From Sulfurimicrobium sp. (GTDB lineage Bacteria > Pseudomonadota > Gammaproteobacteria > Burkholderiales > Sulfuricellaceae), in the NCBI GenBank assembly GCA_030652035.1, contig JAUSBJ010000036.1, positions 45,880 to 109,879 of the forward strand: a stretch of 64,000 nucleotides of DNA. Reading direction: 5' to 3'. Every line of letters begins with the position of its first letter. The first letter of the stretch is position 1. Both the position numbers and the translations under genes were made by a program. Below are positions 36,551 to 47,771 of this stretch, one piece after another. The notes beneath the pieces were generated by a model that searched no databases, was not told where the DNA came from, and saw only the letters and a program-made list of their open reading frames with translations.

Positions 36551-39286
36551 CTAGCCCAGCTTGGCCAACTGCGACCGCAACTTCTCCAGCGTCGCGCCAA
36601 AGTTCGCCAGCCGCTCCTTTTCCTGCTCCACCACTGCTGCGGGCGCGCGCGCCACGAAGCTCTCATTGCCGAGCTTGGCATGAGCCTTGGCGATTTCGCC
36701 CTCAAGCCGCGTGATTTCCTTGGACAGGCGTGCCTGTTCGGCTTCCTTGTCAATCTCGATCTTCAGCATCAGGCGTATATCGCCGACCACCGCTACAGGC
36801 GCATCTGCGTCCGGCAGTTCGCCTGCCACGATGGTGATCTCGGAGATTTTTGCCAGCGCCTGGATGTAGGGCGCCAGGGCGGAGATATCTCCCAGCGCAA
36901 CCAGCGGCACCTTCTGCGCGGGTGAGATATTCATTTCGCCGCGCAAGGTGCGGCAGGCATTGACCATCTCCTTGAGTTGCGCAGCCTTGCTGATTGCAGC
37001 AGCATCCACCTTGCCCTGGTTGAATTGCGGGTAGGCTTGCAGCATGATGCTCTCGCCCTGCCGGTTCGCCAGCGGCGCCACTTTCTGCCACAGTTCCTCG
37101 GTGATGAAGGGAATGATGGGATGAGCCAGGCGCAACAGGGTTTCCAGCACGCGCACCAGAGTGCGGCGCGTGGCCCTTTGCTGAGCTTCATTACCATTGG
37201 CGATTTGCACCTTGGCCAGTTCCACGTACCAGTCGCAGTATTCATCCCAGGCAAATTCGTAGATGGCGCGCGCCGCCATGTCGAAGCGGTAGGAGCCGAA
37301 AGCCTCGGCCACTTCCTGCTCGGCCTGCTGCAGGCGGCTGATGATCCACTTGTCCATGCTGGAATACTGCAGCGGCAGGCCTTCATCCTGGCCACAATCC
37401 TTGCCTTCGGTGTTCATCAGCACAAAACGGGTGGCGTTCCACAGCTTGTTGCAGAAATTGCGGTAGCCCTCGCAGCGCTTGAAATCGAACTTGATATCGC
37501 GCCCGTGGGAAGCCAGGCTGGCGAAAGTAAAGCGCACGGCATCCGTGCCGTAGGAAGCGATGCCCTCGGGGAAATCCTTGCGCGTCCCTTTTTCGATCGA
37601 GGCTGCTTGCTTCGGGTTCATCAGGCCGCTGGTGCGTTTTTTCACCAGGGTTTCCAGTTCGATGCCGTCGATCAGGTCGATCGGGTCGATGACGTTGCCC
37701 TTGGACTTGCTCATCTTGTTGCCGTGCATGTCGCGCACCAGGCCGTGCACATAGACCTCCCTGAACGGCACCTGGCCGGTGAAGTGCAGAGACATCATGA
37801 TCATGCGGGCGACCCAGAAGAAAATGATGTCGAACCCGGTGACCAGCACGCTTGTCGGCAGGAAGGTCTTGAGTTCGGCCGTCTGTTCCGGCCAGCCCAG
37901 GGTGGAGAACGGCCACAGCGCCGAGGAGAACCAGGTATCGAGCACATCCTCGTCCTGGCGCAGGGTCTTGCCCGCACCCGCCTGCTGCTGCGCATCGGCG
38001 AGATTGCGCGCGACGTAGAAGTTGCCGTCCTCGTCGTACCACGCCGGGATGCGGTGCCCCCACCACAACTGGCGCGAGATGCACCAGTCCTGGATATTTT
38101 CCAGCCACTGGTTGTAGACGTGCGTCCAGTTTTCCGGCACGAATTTCACTTCGCCCTTGGCGACGACATCCAGGCCGCGCTTGGCCAGCCCTTCCATGGC
38201 CACATACCACTGGTCGGTGAGCATCGGCTCGATCACGGTGTGGGTGCGGTCGCCGCGCGGCACCATGAGCTTGTGCGGCTTGGTGTCCACCAGCAGGCCT
38301 TGGGCTTCGAGGTCGGCGACGATTTTCTTGCGCGCCTCGTAGCGATCCATGCCCTGATATTCAGTCGGCGCCAGATCGTTGATCTTGGCATCCAGCGAGA
38401 GGATGCTCATCGGTTCCAGGTGATGGCGCTGTCCCACCTGATAGTCGTTGAAGTCGTGCGCCGGCGTGATCTTGACGCAGCCGGTGCCGAATTCCTTGTC
38501 CACGTAATCATCGGCGATGATGGGTATGGTGCGTTCGCACAGCGGCAGGCGCACGTGTTTGCCGACCAGGTGTTTGTAACGCTCATCCTCGGGATGCACA
38601 GCCACCGCCATGTCGCCAAGCAGAGTTTCGGGACGGGTAGTAGCGACGATCAGCGCTTCGGCGCAGCCTTCCACCGGGTAGCAGATGTGCCACATGAAGC
38701 CGTCTTCTTCTTCCGAAATCACCTCCAGATCGGATACGGCGGTCATCAGCACCGGGTCCCAGTTGACCAGGCGCTTGCCGCGATAGATCAGGCCCTGTTC
38801 GTAGAGCTTGACGAAAACTTCCGAGACGGCCTTGGACAGGCCCTCGTCCATGGTGAAGCGCTCGCGTGACCAGTCGCAGGAGGCGCCGAGGCGGCGCATC
38901 TGGCGCGTAATGGTGGAGCCGGATTCCTCTTTCCATTCCCAGACTTTTTCCAGGAATTTCTCACGCCCCAGGTCGTGGCGGGAAACGCCTTTTGCGTCCA
39001 GCTGCCGCTCCACCACGATCTGGGTAGCAATACCGGCGTGGTCGGTGCCCGGCTGCCACAGGGTGTTCTCGCCTTTCATGCGGTGATAGCGCACCAGGGT
39101 ATCCATCAGGGTGTCCTGGAAGGAGTGCCCCATGTGCAGCGTGCCGGTGACATTCGGTGGCGGCAGCATGATGCAGTAGGCGTCTTTATCCGGCGCGGTG
39201 GTAGCGCGAAAATAGCCGCTGGATTCCCAGCGGGGGTACCAGTGCGCCTCGATGGCGGCGGGTTCAAAGCTTTTGGCGAGTTCCAT
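36551..39286 (-). CDS. valS: Valine--tRNA ligase
   Basis: [30 protein letters not shown]-terminal coiled coil. Confidence 0.98.
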   Translation of the reverse strand: MELAKSFEPAAIEAHWYPRWESSGYFRATTAPDKDAYCIMLPPPNVTGTLHMGHSFQDTLMDTLVRYHRMKGENTLWQPGTDHAGIATQIVVERQLDAKGVSRHDLGREKFLEKVWEWKEESGSTITRQMRRLGASCDWSRERFTMDEGLSKAVSEVFVKLYEQGLIYRGKRLVNWDPVLMTAVSDLEVISEEEDGFMWHICYPVEGCAEALIVATTRPETLLGDMAVAVHPEDERYKHLVGKHVRLPLCERTIPIIADDYVDKEFGTGCVKITPAHDFNDYQVGQRHHLEPMSILSLDAKINDLAPTEYQGMDRYEARKKIVADLEAQGLLVDTKPHKLMVPRGDRTHTVIEPMLTDQWYVAMEGLAKRGLDVVAKGEVKFVPENWTHVYNQWLENIQDWCISRQLWWGHRIPAWYDEDGNFYVARNLADAQQQAGAGKTLRQDEDVLDTWFSSALWPFSTLGWPEQTAELKTFLPTSVLVTGFDIIFFWVARMIMMSLHFTGQVPFREVYVHGLVRDMHGNKMSKSKGNVIDPIDLIDGIELETLVKKRTSGLMNPKQAASIEKGTRKDFPEGIASYGTDAVRFTFASLASHGRDIKFDFKRCEGYRNFCNKLWNATRFVLMNTEGKDCGQDEGLPLQYSSMDKWIISRLQQAEQEVAEAFGSYRFDMAARAIYEFAWDEYCDWYVELAKVQIANGNEAQQRATRRTLVRVLETLLRLAHPIIPFITEELWQKVAPLANRQGESIMLQAYPQFNQGKVDAAAISKAAQLKEMVNACRTLRGEMNISPAQKVPLVALGDISALAPYIQALAKISEITIVAGELPDADAPVAVVGDIRLMLKIEIDKEAEQARLSKEITRLEGEIAKAHAKLGNESFVARAPAAVVEQEKERLANFGATLEKLRSQLAKLG

Positions 39287-39326
39287 GGTGCGAGAAGGGG
39301 ATGTCTGAAAAGGGGTGGATTATAGC

Positions 39327-39839
39327 CTATTCGCCTGCTTCATTGGCGTCACGGCTACGACCGGCAATCTCGCCAAGCTGTTTCTGCAGTTCCTGAGCAA
39401 CCGCCTCTCGCACCACCGATTCAAGCTGCATGGCAAACTGATCCAGCATGCTGGACATCGCCTGGTCCATGGCGGAAACGATATGCGCAGAAAGCCGTTG
39501 ATCGAGAATGTCATGAATCTGCCGGTCCAGGTTTTGCAGCGACTGGCCGCTCAGATGGAGAGAATCGTCACCCGCTGCGGTTTTGGGCGCTTGCTCCTCA
39601 TTGACATCCTCCAGCAGCAGAAACGGAAATTCATTCATCTCCGTCTTTTCTTCTTCCACCACCTCGGTCAACACGGGAATCACTTCTTCTTCGACCGGCA
39701 CCACTTCAGTCAGCACCGGAAAGTCCATTGCCGGAAGCGCGGCGGGTGCCGTTTCAAGCCGGTCGTAGTGGCGCTTCAGCAAGGCATCCATCTTGGCGAG
39801 GACGTCGTCGTGCGCGCTGCGGACAGGTTCCGTGCTCAT
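39327..39839 (-). CDS. Hypothetical acidic protein (DUF2486-like PVLTEVV motifs)
   Basis: Translationally coupled to holC; PVLTEVV occurs twice; helical C-terminus. Confidence 0.7.
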   Translation of the reverse strand: MSTEPVRSAHDDVLAKMDALLKRHYDRLETAPAALPAMDFPVLTEVVPVEEEVIPVLTEVVEEEKTEMNEFPFLLLEDVNEEQAPKTAAGDDSLHLSGQSLQNLDRQIHDILDQRLSAHIVSAMDQAMSSMLDQFAMQLESVVREAVAQELQKQLGEIAGRSRDANEAGE

Positions 39840-40273
39840 GAATGCCGCGTGCCGGCCTGGCTCATATCATGGGAGCGGATTTCATAGCCACGGTCGCGAT
39901 AGAAACGGAAGCGTTCACGCGCTGCCTCACGATCAGCCTCATCCGTTGTCACGATCTCGATCAGGCGCTGAAAGCGGCTGAAAAAAGCCGGACGCGTTCC
40001 ACTCAGATTGAGCAGCACCTGCTCATGCGGCAACTCTCCCGGGTCGTGATCCACGATGACCGGCGTCACCGGGGCCAGTTCGTCGCGCGCGCGGCAGTGC
40101 GGCAGAAATCCGGTGGCGGGAACATTCCACAACATCTGGTCCATCCTGGCCGCATCACTTTCATCCGGCGTCAGAACCAGCACCCGCAAGCCCTGCTCCA
40201 GCGCCTTGGCACTCAGCTTGCATGCGAACAGCCGCTTGTCCTGAACGTGGGTATAAAAATCGATTTGGGTCAT
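39836..40273 (-). CDS. holC: DNA polymerase III chi subunit
   Basis: MTQIDFY, LW....GFLPH, AR.RFR.YR..GY. Confidence 0.95.
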   Translation of the reverse strand: MTQIDFYTHVQDKRLFACKLSAKALEQGLRVLVLTPDESDAARMDQMLWNVPATGFLPHCRARDELAPVTPVIVDHDPGELPHEQVLLNLSGTRPAFFSRFQRLIEIVTTDEADREAARERFRFYRDRGYEIRSHDMSQAGTRHS

Positions 40274-40303
40274 CAAAAGTCAGCAGCGATCTGCCGTCAG
40301 CTT

Positions 40304-41794
40304 TCAGCCTGCGGCACGATTGACCAGGAAATGCACCAGCAACGGCACCGGTCGCCCGGTGGCGCCTTTTTCCTTGCCCGACTTCCAGGCCGTTCCTGCG
40401 ATATCCAGATGCGCCCAGTCATACTCCTTGGTGAAACGTGAGAGGAAACAGGCCGCCGTCACCGTGCCGCCCGCACGTCCGCCGATATTGGCGATATCGG
40501 CAAAATTGCTCTTCAACTGTTCCTGATACTCATCCCACAGCGGCAACTGCCAGGCACGGTCATAAGTCTCCTCGCCGGCATGCAGCAGTTCGCGCGCCAG
40601 CGGGTCGTGATTAGCCAGGAGGCCGCTCGCCTGGTGCCCGAGGGCGATGACGCAGGCGCCGGTCAGAGTGGCAATATCCACCACTGCCGCCGGTTCGAAC
40701 CTGGCGGCATAAGTCAGCGCATCGCACAGAATCAGGCGCCCTTCGGCATCGGTATTGAGAATTTCGATGGTTTGACCGGACATGCTGGTAACCACGTCGC
40801 CCGGTTTGTTGGCGTTGCCATCGGGCAGGTTCTCGCAGGTTGGAACAATGCCCACCACGTTGAGCGGCAGCTTCATCTGGGCGATGGCCTTGAATGTGCC
40901 TAGCACGCTGGCAGCGCCGCACATGTCGTACTTCATCTCGTCCATCTCTGCAGCGGGCTTGAGCGAAATGCCGCCGGCATCGAATGTGATACCCTTGCCG
41001 ACCAGCACCACTGGTTTTTGATCTTTCTTGCCGCCGGAATATTGCATCACGATCAGTTTGGGCGGCTGGCGGCTGCCCTTGGCGACAGACAGGAAGGAGC
41101 CCATCTTGAGCTCTTCCAGTTGCTGCTGCTCAAGCACTTCAATTTTAAAGCCGTGCTCTTTGGCCAATTCCTGCGCCTGCTCGGCGATGTGGGTTGGCGT
41201 GCAGATATTGCCCGGCAAATTAGCCAGATCCTTGGCCAGATTCATGCCCTGAGCGATCGCCAGGCCCTGCTGCATGGCATTTTCTCCGATCACCAGCTCA
41301 TTGCGGCGTGGGACGCTCAGCACCATCTTGCGCAACGGGCGGCGCGGTTCATCCTGTTTGCTCTTGAGGCGATCAAAGCGATAGATGCTTTCCATCGCCA
41401 CGATCACCGCCTGCTCGATTTTCCATGCCAGTTCGCGCTTTTTCACCGGCACTTCGGTCAGATACATCGCAGCTTCAGTGGCGCCGGTTTCATTCAGGGT
41501 CTTGACTGCGGCAGACACCGCCTCACGGTATTCCTTGTCCTTGAATTCACGTTCTTTTCCCAGCCCGACCAGCAATACACGGTCGCACAGGGTATTGCCA
41601 ACATTATGCAGCAGCAGCGTGCTGCCCAGCTTGCCATCCATATCGCCACGGCGCAGGATTTCACTGATGTAAAAACCGGAAATGCGGTCCATAAGGTCCG
41701 CCGCGAGGGAAAGTTTACGGTGTTCGAAAACGCCCACCACCACGCAGGCGGTGCGCTGCTTTTCCGGACTGCCGCTTTTTATGCTAAATTCCAA
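40304..41794 (-). CDS. pepA: Leucyl aminopeptidase
   Basis: [29 protein letters not shown]; TTG start behind GGAG. Confidence 0.96.
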   Translation of the reverse strand: MEFSIKSGSPEKQRTACVVVGVFEHRKLSLAADLMDRISGFYISEILRRGDMDGKLGSTLLLHNVGNTLCDRVLLVGLGKEREFKDKEYREAVSAAVKTLNETGATEAAMYLTEVPVKKRELAWKIEQAVIVAMESIYRFDRLKSKQDEPRRPLRKMVLSVPRRNELVIGENAMQQGLAIAQGMNLAKDLANLPGNICTPTHIAEQAQELAKEHGFKIEVLEQQQLEELKMGSFLSVAKGSRQPPKLIVMQYSGGKKDQKPVVLVGKGITFDAGGISLKPAAEMDEMKYDMCGAASVLGTFKAIAQMKLPLNVVGIVPTCENLPDGNANKPGDVVTSMSGQTIEILNTDAEGRLILCDALTYAARFEPAAVVDIATLTGACVIALGHQASGLLANHDPLARELLHAGEETYDRAWQLPLWDEYQEQLKSNFADIANIGGRAGGTVTAACFLSRFTKEYDWAHLDIAGTAWKSGKEKGATGRPVPLLVHFLVNRAAG

Positions 41795-41885
41795 GTGGTG
41801 CTCCCTTTGTCCCAAGTTGACAAAATTTGATCAGAACCCAAATTATCCTCAGTCTTACCCAATAAAGTCAAAGAAAACAAAAAAC

Positions 41886-42977
41886 ATGATTTTTCGCCGC
41901 GCGTTGTTGCATGAACTACTCAGTAATGCAGCCGCCGTATTTATCATACTCCTCGCGATCAGCATTACCACGCTGCTGATCCGGCTGCTCGGCCAGGCTG
42001 CCAGCGGCTCGCTGGCAAGCGAGGCCGTGCTGGCCTTTCTGGCGTTCAGCGCACTCAATTATCTACCCGTACTGCTGTCCCTCACCCTTTTCATCGCAGT
42101 ATTGCTGACCCTGACACGCTGCTACCGGGATAACGAAATGGTAGTGTGGTTCAGTTCAGGCCAGAGCTTGACAGCCTTCATACGGCCAGTCTTCCTGATT
42201 GCGGCGCCGGTTGCATTGGTGGTGGCAATGTTGAGCCTGTTCCTGTCACCCTGGGCACTACAGAAACAGAACGAATATCGCAGCCAGATTGAAAGCCGCG
42301 ATGACGTGGCGTCTATCGCCCCAGGCGTTTTCAAGGAATCCAAACATGCCGACAGGGTGTTTTTCGTGGAAAGCTTCGCCGGCGAACAAAACACGGTTAG
42401 CAACATTTTCATGCAATCCACAGAAAACCAGAAGCAGGGTGTCATGTTCGCCCAGCATGGTTACCAAAGCATTGCGAAAAATGGTGACCGTTACCTGGTG
42501 CTGCTAAACGGAAGACGTTATGAAGGCCTGCCGGGCTCCCTGGAATTCAAGATTATCGAATTCGAACGATATGCTGTGCGGATCGATCCTTACGAAGCAA
42601 AACTCACCGCACCGTCAGCAAAATCTCTTTCCCTGCTTGAACTTATAAATAACAAGTCGCTGGAGAATATTGCAGAAATCCAGTGGAGATTTTCCCTGCC
42701 CTTGAGCGCATTGCTGCTGGCACTGCTGGCGATCCCCCTGAGTTTCGTCAATCCACGCGCCGGACGCTCTCTCAACCTGATGCTGGCGCTGGTAACCTAC
42801 CTCATTTACAACAACTGCCTCAGCATTGCCCAAGGCCTGGTAGCCCAAGGCAAGCTAGCACCGATCTTAGGGCTGTGGCTGGTACATGCAGCCCTGGCAG
42901 CATTGCTATTGATCCTGTTTTACCGCCGCTTGCAGGTATCCCCTTCATTATTTGAACGTTTCAGGGGGACATCATGA
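41886..42977 (+). CDS. lptF: LPS export permease LptF
   Basis: MIFRRAL, D.EMVVW..SG, NPRAGR; divergent from pepA. Confidence 0.93.
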   Translation: MIFRRALLHELLSNAAAVFIILLAISITTLLIRLLGQAASGSLASEAVLAFLAFSALNYLPVLLSLTLFIAVLLTLTRCYRDNEMVVWFSSGQSLTAFIRPVFLIAAPVALVVAMLSLFLSPWALQKQNEYRSQIESRDDVASIAPGVFKESKHADRVFFVESFAGEQNTVSNIFMQSTENQKQGVMFAQHGYQSIAKNGDRYLVLLNGRRYEGLPGSLEFKIIEFERYAVRIDPYEAKLTAPSAKSLSLLELINNKSLENIAEIQWRFSLPLSALLLALLAIPLSFVNPRAGRSLNLMLALVTYLIYNNCLSIAQGLVAQGKLAPILGLWLVHAALAALLLILFYRRLQVSPSLFERFRGTS

Positions 42978-44047
42978 ACATTCTGCACCGCTACCTGGCA
43001 AAGGAGATTTACGCCAGCACCCTGTTTGTTTTCGCCGCACTGCTCTCCCTTTTTGCCTTCTTTGACCTGATTCATGAACTGGGTGACCTGGGCAAGGGGC
43101 ATTACCGCCTGCCGCAAATCCTCGCCTTTGTTGCGCTGGGCTTGCCTGGGCATATTTACGAACTATTTCCTATCGCGGCCCTGATCGGCACCTTGTTCGC
43201 CCTGTCCCAGTTCTCAGCCAATTCCGAGTTCACGGTTATGCGGGTTTCCGGGCTATCGACTCAGCGCTTTGCACTATCGTTGATGCAGATCGGCCTGGTC
43301 TTCGTGGCATTGACCCTGTTTTTTGGCGAGATCGTCACCCCGACGGCAGAACGCATGGCTCAACAACTCAGACTCAAGGCCACCAGTTCGGTGGTTGCGC
43401 AGGAATTCCGTTCCGGGCTATGGGTCAAGGACGCCCAGAGCTTTGTCAACGTGCGCGAAATACTGCCAGACACGACCTTGCTGGGTATCAAGATTTTCGA
43501 ATTCGATCAGGATTACCATTTAAAGACAGTGAGCTACGCCGATCGCGGTCACCATGAAGAAGCAGGGCGCTGGTTACTGGAAGACGTCAGCCAGACCCAC
43601 TTTGAGGAAGGAAAAACGGTAGTGGCCAAGCTGCCGAAACTCGCCTGGACTTCGGTATTGAACCCGGACATTCTTTCCGTTTTGCTGGTCGTACCGGAAC
43701 AGATGTCGGCATGGAGCCTCTACCAGTATGTACAACATCTGCGCGACAACAAACAAAAAACCACGCGCTATGAAATCGCGTTATGGTCCAAGCTGGCTTA
43801 CCCCTTTGCCACACTGGTCATGATGATCTTTGCACTGCCGTTCGCCTATCACCAATCCCGTAGCGGCGGGGTTAGCGGCAAAATATTTGTGGGCATCATG
43901 GCCGGCCTGTCTTTTCATTTACTGAACAGGGTTTTTGCTCATCTCGGCCTGCTCAATGACTGGCCTCCGCTATTCAGTGCTTCCTTCCCCGCTCTCGCGT
44001 TTCTCGGAGCCGCACTGGGCATCCTCTGGTGGACGGAGAAAAGGTAG
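42974..44047 (+). CDS. lptG: LPS export permease LptG
   Basis: SEFTVMRVSG, G.WVKD, YEIALW.K. Confidence 0.93.
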   Translation: MNILHRYLAKEIYASTLFVFAALLSLFAFFDLIHELGDLGKGHYRLPQILAFVALGLPGHIYELFPIAALIGTLFALSQFSANSEFTVMRVSGLSTQRFALSLMQIGLVFVALTLFFGEIVTPTAERMAQQLRLKATSSVVAQEFRSGLWVKDAQSFVNVREILPDTTLLGIKIFEFDQDYHLKTVSYADRGHHEEAGRWLLEDVSQTHFEEGKTVVAKLPKLAWTSVLNPDILSVLLVVPEQMSAWSLYQYVQHLRDNKQKTTRYEIALWSKLAYPFATLVMMIFALPFAYHQSRSGGVSGKIFVGIMAGLSFHLLNRVFAHLGLLNDWPPLFSASFPALAFLGAALGILWWTEKR

Positions 44048-44075
44048 CGGTCAGCGGTCAGCGGTCAGCGGTCAG
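44046..44075. repeat. (AGCGGTC)x4 heptamer tandem repeat
   Basis: Spans the stop codons of the convergent lptG and RDD genes. Confidence 0.85.
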
Positions 44076-44489
44076 AATGATTTTTGTTTTGGCCAGACGG
44101 TCGTGAAGGAATAGCCGTTCACGATCGAAAAGCGCCCATAGAATACCGATCCCCAGCAAGGTACTGGGCAGGGCAAGCGCAAATCGCAAAATTGCCCGCC
44201 GCCTGGTCAGCGGCGCCCCATCCGCGCTCACCAGGCGCAAATGCCAGGTTTTCATCGCCAGCGTTTGCCCGCCACGTAGCCAGAACCAGATGAAATAGGC
44301 CGCCACGACACCCAGCAAATAAATCTGGAACACCACTCTCACCAAGGGCATTGTGCTGCCCAAGGTCAGCCCGGCGAACAGGAACCCGGCCAGAAACAGC
44401 ACCGCGACCAGCAACAGGCTTTCGTACAACATGCTGGCCAAGCGCCTCAGAATGCCGGGGTGGGTCAAATTTACAGGTGAATTTTCCAC
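44058..44489 (-). CDS. RDD-family membrane protein
   Basis: RRLA.MLYE, GQTLAMKTW, LHDRLA.T; start uncertain. Confidence 0.88.
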   Translation of the reverse strand: MENSPVNLTHPGILRRLASMLYESLLLVAVLFLAGFLFAGLTLGSTMPLVRVVFQIYLLGVVAAYFIWFWLRGGQTLAMKTWHLRLVSADGAPLTRRRAILRFALALPSTLLGIGILWALFDRERLFLHDRLAKTKIILTADR

Positions 44490-44502
44490 TAAAAGCTTAA
44501 AG

Positions 44503-44973
44503 TTACTGGGCTGGTGCGGCAGGCAGCACATCGGGCGGAAGAGCAGCGGCAGAATTTGCAGACACGGGCGGATTTGCAGGCGGGAGCCCTGCTGCCGGTT
44601 TCTGCTCGGCCTTTTGCCGCCATTTTTGCTTTAATTCCTGCCGCTGCTCCGGAGGCAACTGCTTGAATTTCTGATAGCGTTGACGCGCCCGCTCGCGCTC
44701 CTCCGGACTCAACTCCGCCCAGTCCTTGAGCTGAGCCTGAACACGCTGCTGCTCAAGCGGCGTCATTTTTTGGTAGTGTTTGGCCACGCCCAGCAACTTG
44801 ATCCGCTTGCGCGCCGACATGTCATCCCAGTTCCTGGCCACCGGAGAGAGGATCTGTTTCTGCTCCGGGTTCAACTGCGACCACTGCGGCGGCTTGGCAG
44901 AGTCAACCGCATAACTCGCACCGGACACCAGCAACAGCCAGACCGCTAGCGCCGCGACGATTGGTCTAGCCAT
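44503..44973 (-). CDS. DUF3106-like exported helical protein
   Basis: Signal peptide, repeated W..L.PEQ/ER units. Confidence 0.8.
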   Translation of the reverse strand: MARPIVAALAVWLLLVSGASYAVDSAKPPQWSQLNPEQKQILSPVARNWDDMSARKRIKLLGVAKHYQKMTPLEQQRVQAQLKDWAELSPEERERARQRYQKFKQLPPEQRQELKQKWRQKAEQKPAAGLPPANPPVSANSAAALPPDVLPAAPAQ

Positions 44974-45332
44974 GATTTGAAATCAGAATCAAGATAGGCA
45001 TTGATTGGCAACTCTCCCGCCAGCAAGGTGGCATCCACATCGTCCGGATCATCGCCGTTGATCTCAGACCAGTTATATGCAATCAGCAACCCAAGCAGCA
45101 AAACCACGAGTGGGATCCAGAAACGCGGTGAATGGTGACCGTGCCCATGATGCCCGGAATGCACATCGCCATGACCTGCCACCGCCATACCGAATACCTG
45201 TTGCGGATGAGCGTGAGCAGCCAGTGCTCGCTGGCGCGCCGAACGCAGGTCTTCCAGAACTGAGCGGTCCAGTTGATTGGTGCCATAATTCAAATGTTGG
45301 GTAATTTTTTTTGCTATGTCCCGCTCATTCAT
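44946..45332 (-). CDS. DUF3619-like membrane protein (putative anti-sigma factor)
   Basis: L..AR.RAL, TM segment, D..LL..ELP..AYLD..F..WL. Confidence 0.8.
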   Translation of the reverse strand: MNERDIAKKITQHLNYGTNQLDRSVLEDLRSARQRALAAHAHPQQVFGMAVAGHGDVHSGHHGHGHHSPRFWIPLVVLLLGLLIAYNWSEINGDDPDDVDATLLAGELPINAYLDSDFKSWLDQSSRR

Positions 45333-45913
45333 AGCTTCACTCCTTTATTTTTCAGCATGGCAGCCAGGGTATGCACTGCCCGCGAACAATGGGTTTTCAC
45401 GCTCCCTTCGGAGCAACCCATCGCCTCCGCCGTTTCGGCGACATCCATATCCTCCCAGTAACGCAGCACGAACGCTTCGCGTTGACGTGCCGGCAATTTT
45501 CCCACTGCATCTTCGATCACCGCGAGCGTTTGCGCCCGATCCAACTGCCTCGCAGGGTTTTCAAAGTAATTGGAGTCGCTTTCAACCTCAAGAGTTTCCA
45601 GCGGATCCTGCTCATCGCCATCTTTATTGAATGAAAACGATGACAGCAGGGTTGTCCACAGCGCGCGCACCTTGTGGCGGCGGAAGTAATCGCGAATCGC
45701 GTTCTGAAGAATACGCTGGAACAACATCGGAAACTCGTCTACCGGGCGCACACCATATTTTTCCGCCAGCCGCATCATGGCATCCTGCACGATGTCCAGC
45801 GCAGCATGATCGTCATGCACGGCGTATGCCGCCTGCTTGAACGCGCGCCGTTCAACCTGGATCAGGAAATCCGAAAGTTCGCGTTCAGTGGCCAGTTTAC
45901 AAATCCCAATCAA
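45329..45913 (-). CDS. ECF RNA polymerase sigma factor
   Basis: A.DIVQDAM, LP.RQREAF.LRYWE, SVKTHCSRA; start uncertain. Confidence 0.92.
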   Translation of the reverse strand: MIGICKLATERELSDFLIQVERRAFKQAAYAVHDDHAALDIVQDAMMRLAEKYGVRPVDEFPMLFQRILQNAIRDYFRRHKVRALWTTLLSSFSFNKDGDEQDPLETLEVESDSNYFENPARQLDRAQTLAVIEDAVGKLPARQREAFVLRYWEDMDVAETAEAMGCSEGSVKTHCSRAVHTLAAMLKNKGVKL

Positions 45914-46063
45914 TGCAAAGAAATAAATACTGCTTTATGCATGATAGCAAAAGCCGCCCTTTTTAGCCCTCCGAACCACCTTTGCGATGCCGCACTTGAC
46001 CAAACACTCCGCAACCATTACTGTTCTAGGTCTTTTTGTTAGTTTGTCAGACAAGGCATTTTC

Positions 46064-47767
46064 ATGGAGTTATCGGGCGCAGAAATCACTGTACGCTGCT
46101 TGGCGGAAGAGGGGGTCGAATATGTATTCGGCTATCCTGGCGGCGCAGTGCTCAACATCTACGATGAGATTTACAAACAGGACAAGTTCAAGCATGTCCT
46201 GGTACGTCACGAACAGGCAGCCGTTCACGCCGCCGATGGCTATGCGCGCGCCACCGGCCGCACCGGCGTAGCCCTGGTCACTTCCGGGCCGGGCGCAACC
46301 AATGCGGTCACCGGCATTGCCACGGCATACATGGACTCGATCCCGATGGTGGTGATCAGCGGCCAGGTGCCGACGCCCGCCATCGGCATGGATGCCTTCC
46401 AGGAAGTGGATACCGTCGGAATTACCCGCCCCTGCGTCAAACACAATTTTTTGGTCAAGGACATCCGCGAGTTGGCCAGCACCATCAAGAAGGCATTCTA
46501 TATTGCCTCGACGGGACGGCCTGGCCCGGTGCTGGTGGACATTCCCAAGGACGTGACCCAGTTCAAGACTGAGTTCGAGTACCCCAAGACCATCAGCCTG
46601 CGCTCCTACAACCCGGTGACCAAGGGCCATAGCGGCCAGATCAAGCGCGCCGTGCAGATGCTGCTGAACGCCAAGCGCCCGATGATTTACGCCGGCGGGG
46701 GCGTGATCCTGTCCGATGCGGCCAAGCAGCTGACCGAACTGGCGCGCCTGCTGGGTTTTCCTTGCACCAACACCCTGATGGGCTTGGGCGGATTTCCCGC
46801 CTCCGACCCGCTGTCGGTCGGCATGCTCGGCATGCACGGCACCTACGAAGCCAACATGGCAGTGCAGCACAGCGATGTCCTTGTGGCCATCGGCGCGCGT
46901 TTCGACGACCGCGTGATCGGTAATCCGGAGCATTTTTACCAGGAAGAGCGTCAGATCATTCATATCGACATCGATCCGTCCTCCATCTCCAAGCGCGTCA
47001 AGGTGGATGTACCCATCGTCGGCAACGTGCCGGAAGTCCTGACGGAAATGATCAAGCTGATCAAGGCCAGCAAGGAAAAACCGGACCAGGCTGCACTCAA
47101 GACCTGGCTCACGCAAATCGAGTTGTGGCGTTCGCGCGATTGCCTCAAGTACGACCGCAGCAGCGACATCATCAAGCCCCAGTTCGTGCTGGAAAAACTG
47201 CATGAAATCACCAAGGGCGATGCCTTCGTGACTTCGGACGTAGGCCAGCACCAGATGTGGGCTGCGCAGTTCTACAAGTTCGACAAACCGCGCCGCTGGA
47301 TCAACTCGGGCGGCCTGGGCACCATGGGTTTCGGCTTGCCGGCCGCAATGGGCGTGCAATTGGCCCACCCCGATGCAATGGTGGCCTGCGTCACCGGCGA
47401 GGGCAGCATCCAGATGAACATCCAGGAACTGGCCACCTGCAAGCAATTCAACATTCCCATCAAGATCATCCTGCTCAACAACCGTTACCTGGGTATGGTG
47501 CGGCAGTGGCAGGAGTTTTTCTACGGCGAGCGCTACGCTGAATCCTACATGGACACCCTGCCGGATTTCGTCAAGCTGGCCGAGGCCTACGGCCATGCCG
47601 GGCGCCGCATCGATAATCCGGCCGAGGTGGAAGATGCCCTCAAGTGGGCGTTCTCCGCAGAAATGAAGGACACGCTGGTATTCCTCGACTTCCGTACCGA
47701 CCAGACCGAGAACGTGTATCCCATGATTCCGGGCGGCAAGGGTCTATCTGAAATGATTCTGGTATAA
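46064..47767 (+). CDS. ilvI: Acetolactate synthase large subunit
   Basis: FGYPGGA, RHEQ, TSGPGATN, DVGQHQMW, GMVRQWQ. Confidence 0.96.
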   Translation: MELSGAEITVRCLAEEGVEYVFGYPGGAVLNIYDEIYKQDKFKHVLVRHEQAAVHAADGYARATGRTGVALVTSGPGATNAVTGIATAYMDSIPMVVISGQVPTPAIGMDAFQEVDTVGITRPCVKHNFLVKDIRELASTIKKAFYIASTGRPGPVLVDIPKDVTQFKTEFEYPKTISLRSYNPVTKGHSGQIKRAVQMLLNAKRPMIYAGGGVILSDAAKQLTELARLLGFPCTNTLMGLGGFPASDPLSVGMLGMHGTYEANMAVQHSDVLVAIGARFDDRVIGNPEHFYQEERQIIHIDIDPSSISKRVKVDVPIVGNVPEVLTEMIKLIKASKEKPDQAALKTWLTQIELWRSRDCLKYDRSSDIIKPQFVLEKLHEITKGDAFVTSDVGQHQMWAAQFYKFDKPRRWINSGGLGTMGFGLPAAMGVQLAHPDAMVACVTGEGSIQMNIQELATCKQFNIPIKIILLNNRYLGMVRQWQEFFYGERYAESYMDTLPDFVKLAEAYGHAGRRIDNPAEVEDALKWAFSAEMKDTLVFLDFRTDQTENVYPMIPGGKGLSEMILV

Positions 47768-47771
47768 AACT

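Noticed and set aside
36977-38869. 630-aa plus-strand ORF, and similar long ORFs at 15978-17669, 46070-47596, 56357-57955 and 8280-9668
   Set aside because: Antisense shadows of valS, gspE, ilvI, addA and the decarboxylase; expected in GC-rich coding DNA and without motifs.
45914-46063. ilv attenuator leader peptide
   Set aside because: No short ORF rich in Ile/Leu/Val with a terminator is evident in the ~150-bp divergent gap.
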